The notes under the pieces were generated by a model. That model was not told the origin of the DNA, did no database searches, and saw only the letters and a program-made list of their open reading frames with translations. A stretch of 62,083 bases of DNA, from NCBI GenBank assembly GCA_021323415.1, contig JAJONM010000001.1:1-62083 (forward strand), read 5' to 3'. Each line of letters starts with the position of its first letter. The stretch's first letter is position 1. Of the stretch, positions 37,903 through 46,892 are shown one piece after another. Made by a program: the position numbers and the translations under genes. Source of the stretch: Rickettsiaceae bacterium (GTDB lineage Bacteria; Pseudomonadota; Alphaproteobacteria; Rickettsiales; UBA6187).

Positions 37903-38637
37903 TTAATCTAGCTCAAAGTCAGCATTAACAGTTGCCGTGATAGTAACTTCACCTGGCGCGATTGTTCTATCTGCCGCTTCTGACATTACAGCTTTTGCCA
38001 TCATTGGCATATTGCCGCGCATTGGAATAGGAGCTGAATAACCAACGCTTATGCGATAAGGTTTATCAACTTTTGCTCCAACGGCAGTGGCTATGTCACG
38101 TGCTTTTTTTAAGGCATTTTTAGCTGCTGCTATTTGTACTTCATTTTTTATTTCATCTATTTTTGACGAGGTAAAGTTAATGCCATCGACACGGGTAACA
38201 CCTGCTTCAACAGATTTTTCCAGTAGTTCCTGCAATTTGTTTATATCAGTCAACTTAATCTGGATTCCTTTCTGGGTTTGGAAGCCAGTTAGCGTAGGCT
38301 TAGCAGGTTTGCTGCTTATAGAACTATAATCATACATCGGCTGTATATTTACGTAATTGGTCTGCACATTTTTATCTTCAATACTGAGGCTTTTTGCTAG
38401 TTGAAGTACTTTTGTTGCTATTTCGTCATTTTTTTTCTGTGCAACATTGAGATTCTTATCGGTAATCTCAACAGTAAGGGAGACCTCAACAGTATCAGGT
38501 ACTACGTTCATTTTAGCTTCGCCATTAACACTAATAAGACGTGGGTTATAATTATCATCTTTTGCGTATGCTTGATTGCCTAAAATAATAACAGTTAGCA
38601 GTAATACGAAATTTCTTATTCTTGATCTGGACAGCAT
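37903..38637 (-). CDS. SIMPL/DUF541 (BP26/Omp28-like) periplasmic protein
   Basis: A signal peptide and the RLISVNGEAKMNVVPDTVEVSLTVE pattern typical of the family. It lies between murC and murB. Confidence 0.7.
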   Translation of the reverse strand: MLSRSRIRNFVLLLTVIILGNQAYAKDDNYNPRLISVNGEAKMNVVPDTVEVSLTVEITDKNLNVAQKKNDEIATKVLQLAKSLSIEDKNVQTNYVNIQPMYDYSSISSKPAKPTLTGFQTQKGIQIKLTDINKLQELLEKSVEAGVTRVDGINFTSSKIDEIKNEVQIAAAKNALKKARDIATAVGAKVDKPYRISVGYSAPIPMRGNMPMMAKAVMSEAADRTIAPGEVTITATVNADFELD

Positions 38638-38658
38638 ATTGAACCTTTTTGTTATTAA

Positions 38659-40077
38659 TTATTTAAGTTTTTCAATGTCGTTAGGCAGTGAGTTTGCCCA
38701 ATATGTTATACTTCCAGCCCCGAGGCAAACAACTATATCATCTGGTTTTGCAAGGCTATTTATAACCTTTGGTAGCTCTTCTGCAGAATGCAGAGCCTGT
38801 ACATTCTTATGGCCCGCTTTTTTAATACCTTCTACCAGCGCATCTTTGTTAACGCCTTCGATTGGTTTTTCGCCAGCTTCGTAAATATCAGCAATGATAA
38901 CCTTGTCAGCACTATCAAAGCAATTACAAAAATCACTCCATAAATCATGAACGCGGCTATATCTATGTGGTTGTACTACTGCAATTACATCGCCTTTTGT
39001 ATCTTTGATGGTATCCTGGGCTGTTTTTAATGTTACAGCAATTTCTTTAGGATGATGGCCATAATCATCAATTATGGTAATGCCATTTACTTCACCAGTC
39101 TTAGTGAAACGGCGTTTGACTCCCTGGAAGCTTGCAAAGCCGTTTAATATAACATCTTTATCAAAGCCAAGTTCAGCGGCAACAGATATGGCAGCCAGAG
39201 AATTCAAAACATTATGACGGCCTGGCATTGGTAGATTTATATCTTTTAGCAATAACTCCCCACATTTTAAGTGGTTGGAAATTTGCACGTCGTAAATACT
39301 TCCATTTGTAGTTGTGCGTATATTTGATGCTTTTACATCGGCTTCTGAATCAATCGCGTAAGTAATAACTTTGCGGTTATTGATAGTGGAGGCAAGGGCG
39401 CTTACTTCAGGATGGTCTTTGCATAATACTCCGAAGCCGTAAAATGGTAAATCCTCAATAAACTTGCGGAAAGCATCCTTTACTGCCGTGAATGTGCCGT
39501 AATGATCGAGATGCTCTGGGTCAATATTTGTTATAATGCCAACAGTTGCAGGAAGTTTCAGGAATGTACCGTCTGATTCGTCAGCTTCTGCTACCAGCCA
39601 ATCACCCTGGCCAAGACGTGCATTGGTGCCATAAGCATTAATTATACCGCCGTTGATAACGGTTGGGTCTAATTTTGCTGATTCAAACATTGTAGTTACC
39701 ATAGTGGTAGTTGTGGTTTTGCCATGTGTACCTGCCACTGCCACACAGCTTTTTAGGCGCATTAGCTCGGCTAGCATTTCGGCGCGCAGTATAATTGGGA
39801 TATTCTTTTTCTTGGCTTCAATAATTTCCGGGTTGTTATCTTTTATTGCAGATGACTTAACTACCACCGCAGCATTTCCTACATTATCACCGCTTTGGCC
39901 AATTTTTACAGTAATGCCTAATTTTTCTAACCTTGTTACATTGTAATTGCTTGCTGAATCAGAACCTTGCACCTTATAACCAAGGTTATGCAATATTTCT
40001 GCGATTCCGCTCATGCCTATACCGCCAATGCCTATAAAATGGATAGTGCCTATATCAAAAGGAAGAGCTTTTTGCAT
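38659..40077 (-). CDS. murC: UDP-N-acetylmuramate--L-alanine ligase
   Basis: IHFIGIGGIGMSGIAEIL and GTHGKTTTT. Confidence 0.93.
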   Translation of the reverse strand: MQKALPFDIGTIHFIGIGGIGMSGIAEILHNLGYKVQGSDSASNYNVTRLEKLGITVKIGQSGDNVGNAAVVVKSSAIKDNNPEIIEAKKKNIPIILRAEMLAELMRLKSCVAVAGTHGKTTTTTMVTTMFESAKLDPTVINGGIINAYGTNARLGQGDWLVAEADESDGTFLKLPATVGIITNIDPEHLDHYGTFTAVKDAFRKFIEDLPFYGFGVLCKDHPEVSALASTINNRKVITYAIDSEADVKASNIRTTTNGSIYDVQISNHLKCGELLLKDINLPMPGRHNVLNSLAAISVAAELGFDKDVILNGFASFQGVKRRFTKTGEVNGITIIDDYGHHPKEIAVTLKTAQDTIKDTKGDVIAVVQPHRYSRVHDLWSDFCNCFDSADKVIIADIYEAGEKPIEGVNKDALVEGIKKAGHKNVQALHSAEELPKVINSLAKPDDIVVCLGAGSITYWANSLPNDIEKLK

Positions 40078-40218
40078 GTGTATATTCTCAATAATTATTT
40101 CATAAAATTATAAACTGTTTTTATACAAAGAAATTAATTTTTGAAAGAAAATACTAAATTTATTAAACGTTGTATTAAAAATGATTAATAAATTTTATTT
40201 TCAAAAAAAATTGGCTCG

Positions 40219-40233
40219 TTAACGATTTGTTAA
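40219..40233. promoter_or_regulatory. CtrA-box-like site TTAACgatttgTTAA
   Basis: TTAA-N7-TTAA in the 339-bp divergent spacer upstream of murC (dcw) and the lipoprotein operon. Confidence 0.35.
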
Positions 40234-40416
40234 TAATTACTAGCTATGTTACATCAAAATCGAATGGATTTTTTATTTTATCAGTCCTATTTATTTATGC
40301 CGAACTGATAAAAATAGGGTAAGCAAATGCTTTGTATTTATCCGCTTATTTTATACTATCTTGTTTACATTCTTTAATTTTAGACTATTGATTCATCAAA
40401 TTATAAGATAGATGTT

Positions 40417-40905
40417 ATGTTACATAGGGTTTTTAACAGTTTTATGAATACGAAATCCATAATTAAGTTATGGGTAATTGTTGTTTTTATGTTGCAGGCT
40501 TGTGTACAAACTCCTTACACTCCGGCATTAGATAACAAGGGCAGGCCTTATAGCGCAGCTAACCTTGCAAAAGATTTGCGTGATAAGTCACACGGAAAAA
40601 ATCCTATGATTAATTATCCTGCGGATAATGATGAGGACTACAATTATCCTAAATTTCCAGTATATACTAAAACTAATTCATTCTTCCCTTCAGATAATGG
40701 CAAAGGTGCTGTACCTGTAAAAAAACCCGTCCCAGGGGCAGTTGCGTATGGGGATTCTGAGGAAGATGCTGTAACGGGATATCCACGATATGACCCAGAA
40801 GAAGATAACAGTGGTTATTATTACACTCCACATGCAAAACCTTTGCCTAAGCCGGTAGATGATGGTAGTGGTAACTACACATATCCAATTTATTTTGATA
40901 ACTAA
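40417..40905 (+). CDS. Tyr/Pro-rich lipoprotein
   Basis: Lipobox FMLQAC after a hydrophobic segment. The mature part is rich in Y, P, D and N (DEDYNYPKFPVY, NSGYYYTPH, GNYTYPIYF). An alternative start is at 40444. Confidence 0.6.
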   Translation: MLHRVFNSFMNTKSIIKLWVIVVFMLQACVQTPYTPALDNKGRPYSAANLAKDLRDKSHGKNPMINYPADNDEDYNYPKFPVYTKTNSFFPSDNGKGAVPVKKPVPGAVAYGDSEEDAVTGYPRYDPEEDNSGYYYTPHAKPLPKPVDDGSGNYTYPIYFDN

Positions 40906-40911
40906 CAACTT

Positions 40912-41763
40912 ATGAAAAAGCTTATTATACTGGTTGCTTTGGCACTTTGTTCTGCCTGCGTTACGCAAGAAGTAAAAAAAACAGCTGATGCTGATTACTT
41001 AGCTATTAATTCTGCAGCGGCGGACAAGTTATTTAGTGCCGGTGATTATAGTAAAGCGGTGCAACTCTACAAAGAGTTGGTTGATAGTGATAAAAATAAT
41101 ATAATGCATGTTTTTAAATATGCAGAAAGTTTGCGCTTATCAGGCGATACTAAAGCTGCAAGAGAAAATTATGATAAGGTTTTAAAGATGGACGTTAATG
41201 CACTGCATGCATTAGAAGGAAAAAGTCTTAGTTATGTAGCAGATGGTGATTTCAAACCAGCAGCGGTTTTACTTGGCCAGGTACTCGATAATGATGCTAC
41301 CAGGTGGCGTGCGATTAATGGCCTTGGAGTTATATTTGCTGTTTCAGGTAATAAAAAAGAATCGCTTGAATATTTTAATATGGCGTTGGAAGTTAGTAAG
41401 AATAACCCAACAGTATTAAATAATATGGGAATTGCTACAGCTTTTGGTGGCGACTTTGATAAAGGAAGGGGGTTGGTAAAAAAGTCTCTTAATTACATAA
41501 GTTCTGATGATTTAAGCAAACGCCAAAAAATAGAGTGTAATATAGCCTTAATTTATGGTGTTTCGGGAAACATGCCGCAGGCTGAGAAGATTCTCAGTAA
41601 ATACCTACCGCGGGCGGAAGTGCTGAATAATCTGGGCTTTTATGCCAAGCTTGCTAATAACAACACGCTTGCCAAAGAATATTTAGGCAAAGCTTTAGCC
41701 GAAAGTCCTGTTCATTATGAAAAGGCTTATAATAATTTAGAAGCGATTGAAAAGGCTAAATAA
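40912..41763 (+). CDS. TPR-repeat lipoprotein
   Basis: Lipobox LALCSAC with several TPR-like repeats. It starts 6 nt after the preceding gene. Confidence 0.7.
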   Translation: MKKLIILVALALCSACVTQEVKKTADADYLAINSAAADKLFSAGDYSKAVQLYKELVDSDKNNIMHVFKYAESLRLSGDTKAARENYDKVLKMDVNALHALEGKSLSYVADGDFKPAAVLLGQVLDNDATRWRAINGLGVIFAVSGNKKESLEYFNMALEVSKNNPTVLNNMGIATAFGGDFDKGRGLVKKSLNYISSDDLSKRQKIECNIALIYGVSGNMPQAEKILSKYLPRAEVLNNLGFYAKLANNNTLAKEYLGKALAESPVHYEKAYNNLEAIEKAK

Positions 41764-41764
41764 G

Positions 41765-42259
41765 TTATTCTATACCCATTCCAGCTCCACGTGCAGCACC
41801 ACGTCCTGGAGTGCGCGGGGATGGAAGTAAGCCGACATTCATTTCTTCACCGGCATATTTCATGCCAGCTTGTTGCATTGGAAGTGCTATGTCGTTTACT
41901 ACTGAATGTGCGTTTGCACTTCCACCACTGGATGCATTAGCGTTTGATGCGTTTGATGCAGCGCTGTTCTTATCAAAAATCTCAAACATTTGTTCTTTTG
42001 AATGGAACATATCAAAGAAAACTTTCAGCTTGGAATCGGGGCGTAATGCAGTATCAAATAGCATTCCAAGCATACCCTTAAAGTGTTCGCTGCTAAGACC
42101 TTGTAGAAGCTTATGTTCTTTAAATATGGCAGCTTCTGCCAGCCCTTTTACAGGGATTAATGAGTTAACACCAGAGAAGCCTTTCCCGGCTGGTCCACCG
42201 CCAAAAGCGGCGCCAGATGCAATAGCTGTGTTTACTCCTTGTTGTTCGGGTCCTGCCAT
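41765..42259 (-). CDS. Hypothetical protein (164 aa) with Gly/Ala-rich ends and an Arg/Gly-rich C-terminus
   Basis: The ORF has a plausible composition. The competing plus-strand ORF 41811-42287 is Cys/Ser-rich and looks like a shadow. No clear SD. Confidence 0.45.
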   Translation of the reverse strand: MAGPEQQGVNTAIASGAAFGGGPAGKGFSGVNSLIPVKGLAEAAIFKEHKLLQGLSSEHFKGMLGMLFDTALRPDSKLKVFFDMFHSKEQMFEIFDKNSAASNASNANASSGGSANAHSVVNDIALPMQQAGMKYAGEEMNVGLLPSPRTPGRGAARGAGMGIE

Positions 42260-42325
42260 GTTCTATTACACTGCAATTAATTATTAAAGTATATTGTAAC
42301 GTATATTTTCCAAATGATAAAGGGT

Positions 42326-44218
42326 TTATGCAGCTTTGAGCGCAAAATTATCGTTAATAACGCGATTTCTAGGGAAAGAAACATTAACTGTAGTGCCTTT
42401 CCCAAGGTCGCTTTCTATGCTTAAAGTGCCATTATGAGCTTCTACTAGTGCCTTTGTCAGCCATATACCAATACCACTTCCTTCTGATTGTCTTGAAAGA
42501 GCACTTTTTGCCATTCCAAGTTTACCTAAGATTATTGGTATGTGTTGTTTATCAATTCCTATGCCGCTATCTGAGAATGATAAAGAAATGTCATAATCAT
42601 TACGCAAGGTTATTGATATTGAGTTATTTGGATGTGAGAATTTAATAGCATTCGAAATTATATGCAGAACTATTTGCTTCATACGACGTTTGTCTGCCAG
42701 CATTAAGCATGGTATTGCAGGCAGGTTCTTTTGTATTGTTATATTTTTCTTTTTTGCTGTTTCTGAAATAATGTAAGTAATTTCTTCTATCAGTTCGGTT
42801 AGGTTTACTGTTTGCTCATAAATTTCAAATTGATTAGAATCAGCTTTAGAGATATCGAGAATATCATTAATAAGACTTAACAGTTGATTGCCTGAGGCGC
42901 ATATATCATTAGCGTATTCAACGTATTTCTCATTTTTAATTGGACCAAAAATCTCTGCCTTTATTACTTCGGAGTATCCAATAATGCTGTTAAGTGGAGT
43001 GCGTAGCTCGTGGCTCATATGTGCCATAAAATCAGACTTTGCGTTATTGGCTTGCTCTGCTTCCTGCTTGGCTCTCATTAGTTTTTTATCAAAAAGATGT
43101 ATTCGCTGTATATACCTTTGTAAGTTAACCAATTGTCTTGCCAGGTTGGTTGTTTCATAGTTTGAGGTGCGTGGTACTTTTTTTATAGGTTCGCCACGGC
43201 TAATCTGATCAGCGGTCATGGATAGCTGTGTAATTGGTGAGACAACATACCGGCGGAAAATGTATAATAATACCAGGAAGAATACTCCCATGCCGATTAA
43301 TTCAGACAAGCGTGGTAGTAAATTGGAATAGAATATCTTGTTGGTATAGTATTTATTAAATCCGGTTAATACTATGTAAGGATGGTTCTCCATTTTGCGG
43401 TAGTGTTGATATACAATATCACCACTTTCTATTTTTGGCAGTTTACCTGAAACATGTTGGAAAATGTTTTGGTTGCTAAATATGTTTTTGTAATAGTCAC
43501 TTTGCGGAGCTGTGATGTTATCTAAAGATTGTGCAATTATATTATATTCAGTATCGAGTATAACATAGCTTATGTGGTTGATAGCGACTACTTGTGTAAG
43601 TTGCTGTACTAATTGTTCTACGTTAAATCCAACTGCGATTGCGCCTAAGTATTTACCTTTGCCGTCTACAATTCCTGTTGCGGCGGGAATAACCCATTTG
43701 CCGCTTGGCTTGCCGATTGCAGGTTTTGATACCTGTAATGTCCAAGGTTCAAGCCTTGATTTTACTGTGTATTCGCGCTCTGACATGTCAGGAGGAATTT
43801 TGGATATGCCGTTCTGGCTATTAACTATTTGCAAGTTATTGCTATCTACCCAATCAAACAGTGACCAGGAAAATAAGTTTTTGGTTTTATATTGTGTGCC
43901 AGAAGTTTTTTGAAACAGGTTATAAATAAATTCAGGTGTTAATGGGTTTTGTTCAGCGATCTGTTTGCCCATATAAATTGATATTCTGTTAGTGTAATCA
44001 AAATCTTCAGATATCATTTGCTCTATTTGTTCAGCATCAATTGATAGTATGCGCCACTGATCCTGGATGTTGGATTTGTATATCATAAATCCTATCCCTA
44101 TTGACAATGCAATAATTGTGCCTATTATCACGCTTGCAAAAATAAAGTAATCTCTTGAGATAGAATATTTTTGTTTGAGTGGGAGCGCAATCTCATTTTG
44201 CTTTTTGTTTCTAGGCAT
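42326..44218 (-). CDS. Sensor histidine kinase (periplasmic Cache-like domain, HAMP, HisKA, HATPase)
   Basis: H-box HMSHELRTPLNSIIGY, N/G boxes (ISNAIKF, DSGIGI, GSGIGIWL), and two TM segments flanking an approximately 250-aa periplasmic part. No response regulator is adjacent. Confidence 0.88.
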   Translation of the reverse strand: MPRNKKQNEIALPLKQKYSISRDYFIFASVIIGTIIALSIGIGFMIYKSNIQDQWRILSIDAEQIEQMISEDFDYTNRISIYMGKQIAEQNPLTPEFIYNLFQKTSGTQYKTKNLFSWSLFDWVDSNNLQIVNSQNGISKIPPDMSEREYTVKSRLEPWTLQVSKPAIGKPSGKWVIPAATGIVDGKGKYLGAIAVGFNVEQLVQQLTQVVAINHISYVILDTEYNIIAQSLDNITAPQSDYYKNIFSNQNIFQHVSGKLPKIESGDIVYQHYRKMENHPYIVLTGFNKYYTNKIFYSNLLPRLSELIGMGVFFLVLLYIFRRYVVSPITQLSMTADQISRGEPIKKVPRTSNYETTNLARQLVNLQRYIQRIHLFDKKLMRAKQEAEQANNAKSDFMAHMSHELRTPLNSIIGYSEVIKAEIFGPIKNEKYVEYANDICASGNQLLSLINDILDISKADSNQFEIYEQTVNLTELIEEITYIISETAKKKNITIQKNLPAIPCLMLADKRRMKQIVLHIISNAIKFSHPNNSISITLRNDYDISLSFSDSGIGIDKQHIPIILGKLGMAKSALSRQSEGSGIGIWLTKALVEAHNGTLSIESDLGKGTTVNVSFPRNRVINDNFALKAA

Positions 44219-44297
44219 ATGAGCTTATAACTATTGATAATTATAAATAAAAAAGTTAATGAATTAACTTAAGCTAAAGTTAATAGGGAGTACTACC

Positions 44298-46025
44298 ATG
44301 TCTTTAGAAAAAAATCCAGCGAATGATATATTTAATGTATTTATTGCAGAATCTATTAAAGAAATAGTTGAGCAAATGAAGCAGCTAGATAACTTCAAGG
44401 CTTATTCTGCTATGCCGCTTGATGGAGATCATGGTGCAGAAGAATATAAAAATCTATATAAAACCTGGTTAGCAGATTGTGAAAAATTATACCAACCATG
44501 GAAAGAGAATCTTCGAAACAATGGATTTCATACTGATCTGATAAATGTTGTGTTAAAAAACCATGTAACAGAAACTATAGAGACTCTGTCAGAGGGTATT
44601 CCAGAAGAAAAAGCTTTAAAAAATGATTTTTTTAATAAGTGGTTATCTGATGAAGAGCTTGATTTTAAAACATTGAGAAAGATCTTTGTTAATTATGCTA
44701 CCCTTACTGATTTAACCAGACACGCTGTTGCGCTTTCTTACCTTGTTGCTCATGGTGATATTAATGCAGAAGTAAAGATTAGCCAGAACCTGGATGAAGA
44801 AAATGGTCGTGGTGTCATGAGTAATGCACATTTTAAGTTGTTACTTAATTCTGCTATTGCAGTTCTTGAGATTGCAAAAGGAAGTAAACTTACAAAAGAA
44901 GAAGCTGATTTAATAGGTGAAAGTAACGAACATCTTTTATTGGATTCTACTCGGAAAGCAACAATTGAAGAACAAACTCTATATACTGGTCAACGAGTTA
45001 ATAGTGTGGGTGTACTAAAGAGTCTCTTAGTAGGCAGGCATCCAATTGCTGTTCGTGCTGGTGTTGCAGCTGTTGCAGCTGCTCATGAAGGCAAAGCTAC
45101 AGGAATGTTGATGAAGTTGTTAGAGGGTGCGGTTAAATACCATAAAAAAGGTGAAGAAGATCAGAAAGATAATTTGCGTGAGTATTTTAAAGAGCACTTA
45201 GGCAAGGATCTGGTCTTTAAAATAGTAAAAAGGAAGCCTAATGAAGAAAAGTATAGTGACAAAATCGCGGAAGAAAATAAATCTGTAAAAGGCATGTCTA
45301 GCAAGCAGCTTAGAAAGATGGATTTGGTCGAGCAGGCGCATAGAAAAGATTCTAACGACAATGCTGTGTCAACAATTATGGCTGGTAACTTTATTTTTGA
45401 TAAATTAATATGTTTTATTGTTGCAGAAAAATCTATGAAAGAGTTTTTGGAGTCGCATGGTAGATTCTGGGATTCTCTTGCTCGAGCGATTTTTGTAGAG
45501 AAAACAAACTCTATTACTAGTGTTAGTATTTCTGAGCCTGTTGGTGGTTTTGTTGCTCAGGAATTAAAGAAAAGAGGCAGAAGAAGCAACAATAGCGTTA
45601 GTGGTTATGAGAGCTCATCAGATTCTGAAGAAAATACCCGCTCTACTAGTACTGGTTCTTCTCCCAAAGAAAAAGGGTTTCTTGATCATTATAAATCACG
45701 TTCAAGTTTTGATTCAAATGCAAAGTCAAGCGAAAGTGGATCTAGGGATATAACGCCTCCTAAAGAACGTGTATCTAACATCAGAACTTTTACCTCCTCG
45801 AAGTCCAGTAAAATAAGTCGAAGCTCCAGTATACCACAACGTAGCGAGAGTGATGATTTAAGAAGGTCTTCTAGCCTCGGTAGTGTGCCTAAGGGAGAAT
45901 GGAATGCATTAAGACCTAGTATTGATATGTGTACGAAGGCGAGAGGTGAAGGTGATGGCGGGTGGGGGCAAACAGAAGAACGGAAGCGGTTAGAAAATTC
46001 TTCAGAGAGAGGAAGTGGACATTAA
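44298..46025 (+). CDS. Hypothetical protein: helical N-terminal part plus an approximately 150-aa Ser/Arg/Lys-rich disordered tail
   Basis: AGGGAG SD 8 nt upstream. Motifs DEENGRGVMSNAHFKLL and VEQAH. The tail is SSSDSEENTRSTSTGSSPKEK...SRSSSIPQRSESDDLRRSSSLGS. Confidence 0.65.
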   Translation: MSLEKNPANDIFNVFIAESIKEIVEQMKQLDNFKAYSAMPLDGDHGAEEYKNLYKTWLADCEKLYQPWKENLRNNGFHTDLINVVLKNHVTETIETLSEGIPEEKALKNDFFNKWLSDEELDFKTLRKIFVNYATLTDLTRHAVALSYLVAHGDINAEVKISQNLDEENGRGVMSNAHFKLLLNSAIAVLEIAKGSKLTKEEADLIGESNEHLLLDSTRKATIEEQTLYTGQRVNSVGVLKSLLVGRHPIAVRAGVAAVAAAHEGKATGMLMKLLEGAVKYHKKGEEDQKDNLREYFKEHLGKDLVFKIVKRKPNEEKYSDKIAEENKSVKGMSSKQLRKMDLVEQAHRKDSNDNAVSTIMAGNFIFDKLICFIVAEKSMKEFLESHGRFWDSLARAIFVEKTNSITSVSISEPVGGFVAQELKKRGRRSNNSVSGYESSSDSEENTRSTSTGSSPKEKGFLDHYKSRSSFDSNAKSSESGSRDITPPKERVSNIRTFTSSKSSKISRSSSIPQRSESDDLRRSSSLGSVPKGEWNALRPSIDMCTKARGEGDGGWGQTEERKRLENSSERGSGH

Positions 46026-46050
46026 CAATTTTTTGCTATAATTTCAAATT

Positions 46051-46803
46051 ATGAAAGAAATAGGGATACTGTTAAAAGAAGCGAGGGAAAATAAAGGTCT
46101 TGAGGTAGAAGATGCTGCCAGGGAACTTAAAATCCGTCCTTATTATATTGAAGTGCTGGAAAGTGGTGATGTATCATCAGTATCCAGCGAGATATATCTT
46201 GTCGGTTATTTGAAGAGTTACTGCAATTTGCTTGGCATCAGTAGTAATGAAGTTGTTGCAAAGCTAAAATCTGATAATGATAAAGTCCTTACTACCACCA
46301 AAATATCAAATGATTCTACTTCTTATTATGGCTTTGATGATGAGATTATAAGGCCAAATGCAGCAGTTGTTTTTGCCTCGCTATTTATGGCGGTTTTTAC
46401 CTATGTATTCTGGCATAAAGAAAACAATATAATGGTTGAGCCTATATTTGACATTAGCATAGAAAGCGAAATGTCGAGTATGCTGAACAAAAATTGGGCG
46501 GAAAACTTATTTAAAAAAGGCACTAAGTTTTTACTTGTAGCGCAAGACACAGTGACCTTACGAATCAAAGAAGCTGATGGGGATGCTATTTCAAAGTTAT
46601 TAGAACCTGGTGATATATACTTCCTGTCTTCAGATAAGGATCAGGTTTTAGAAATTGATAATCCTGATGCTATTGATGTGTTTTATGATGATGATAAAAG
46701 CAGCTTTGTTGGTACTTTATCCGAAATTCCAGATGAGCAAGCATCGACACCTGTAGAGGAGGTTGCTCCTGAACCGCAGCCTGAGGTAAATACATCTAAT
46801 TAA
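46051..46803 (+). CDS. rodZ: RodZ-like protein (HTH + TM + DUF4115-like C-terminus)
   Basis: IGILLKEARENKGLEVEDAARELKIRPYYIEVLESGD...YLVGYLKSYCNLLGI, one TM segment, and a beta-rich C-terminal domain. Confidence 0.65.
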   Translation: MKEIGILLKEARENKGLEVEDAARELKIRPYYIEVLESGDVSSVSSEIYLVGYLKSYCNLLGISSNEVVAKLKSDNDKVLTTTKISNDSTSYYGFDDEIIRPNAAVVFASLFMAVFTYVFWHKENNIMVEPIFDISIESEMSSMLNKNWAENLFKKGTKFLLVAQDTVTLRIKEADGDAISKLLEPGDIYFLSSDKDQVLEIDNPDAIDVFYDDDKSSFVGTLSEIPDEQASTPVEEVAPEPQPEVNTSN

Positions 46804-46892
46804 CCCAGGTCTAGCACATGATACACTAGTGCGCCGCTAGCTATGGTATTTATAGCTTGTGTGTATAATGTTTCGCCATTATACTTGGAGTC

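Noticed and set aside
41811-42287. Plus-strand 158-aa ORF competing with the minus-strand ORF 41765-42259
   Set aside because: The plus-strand translation is Cys/Ser/Pro/Phe-rich and would overlap the TPR gene terminus region. The minus-strand product has a more protein-like composition. Neither is certain, and confidence in the minus call is kept low.
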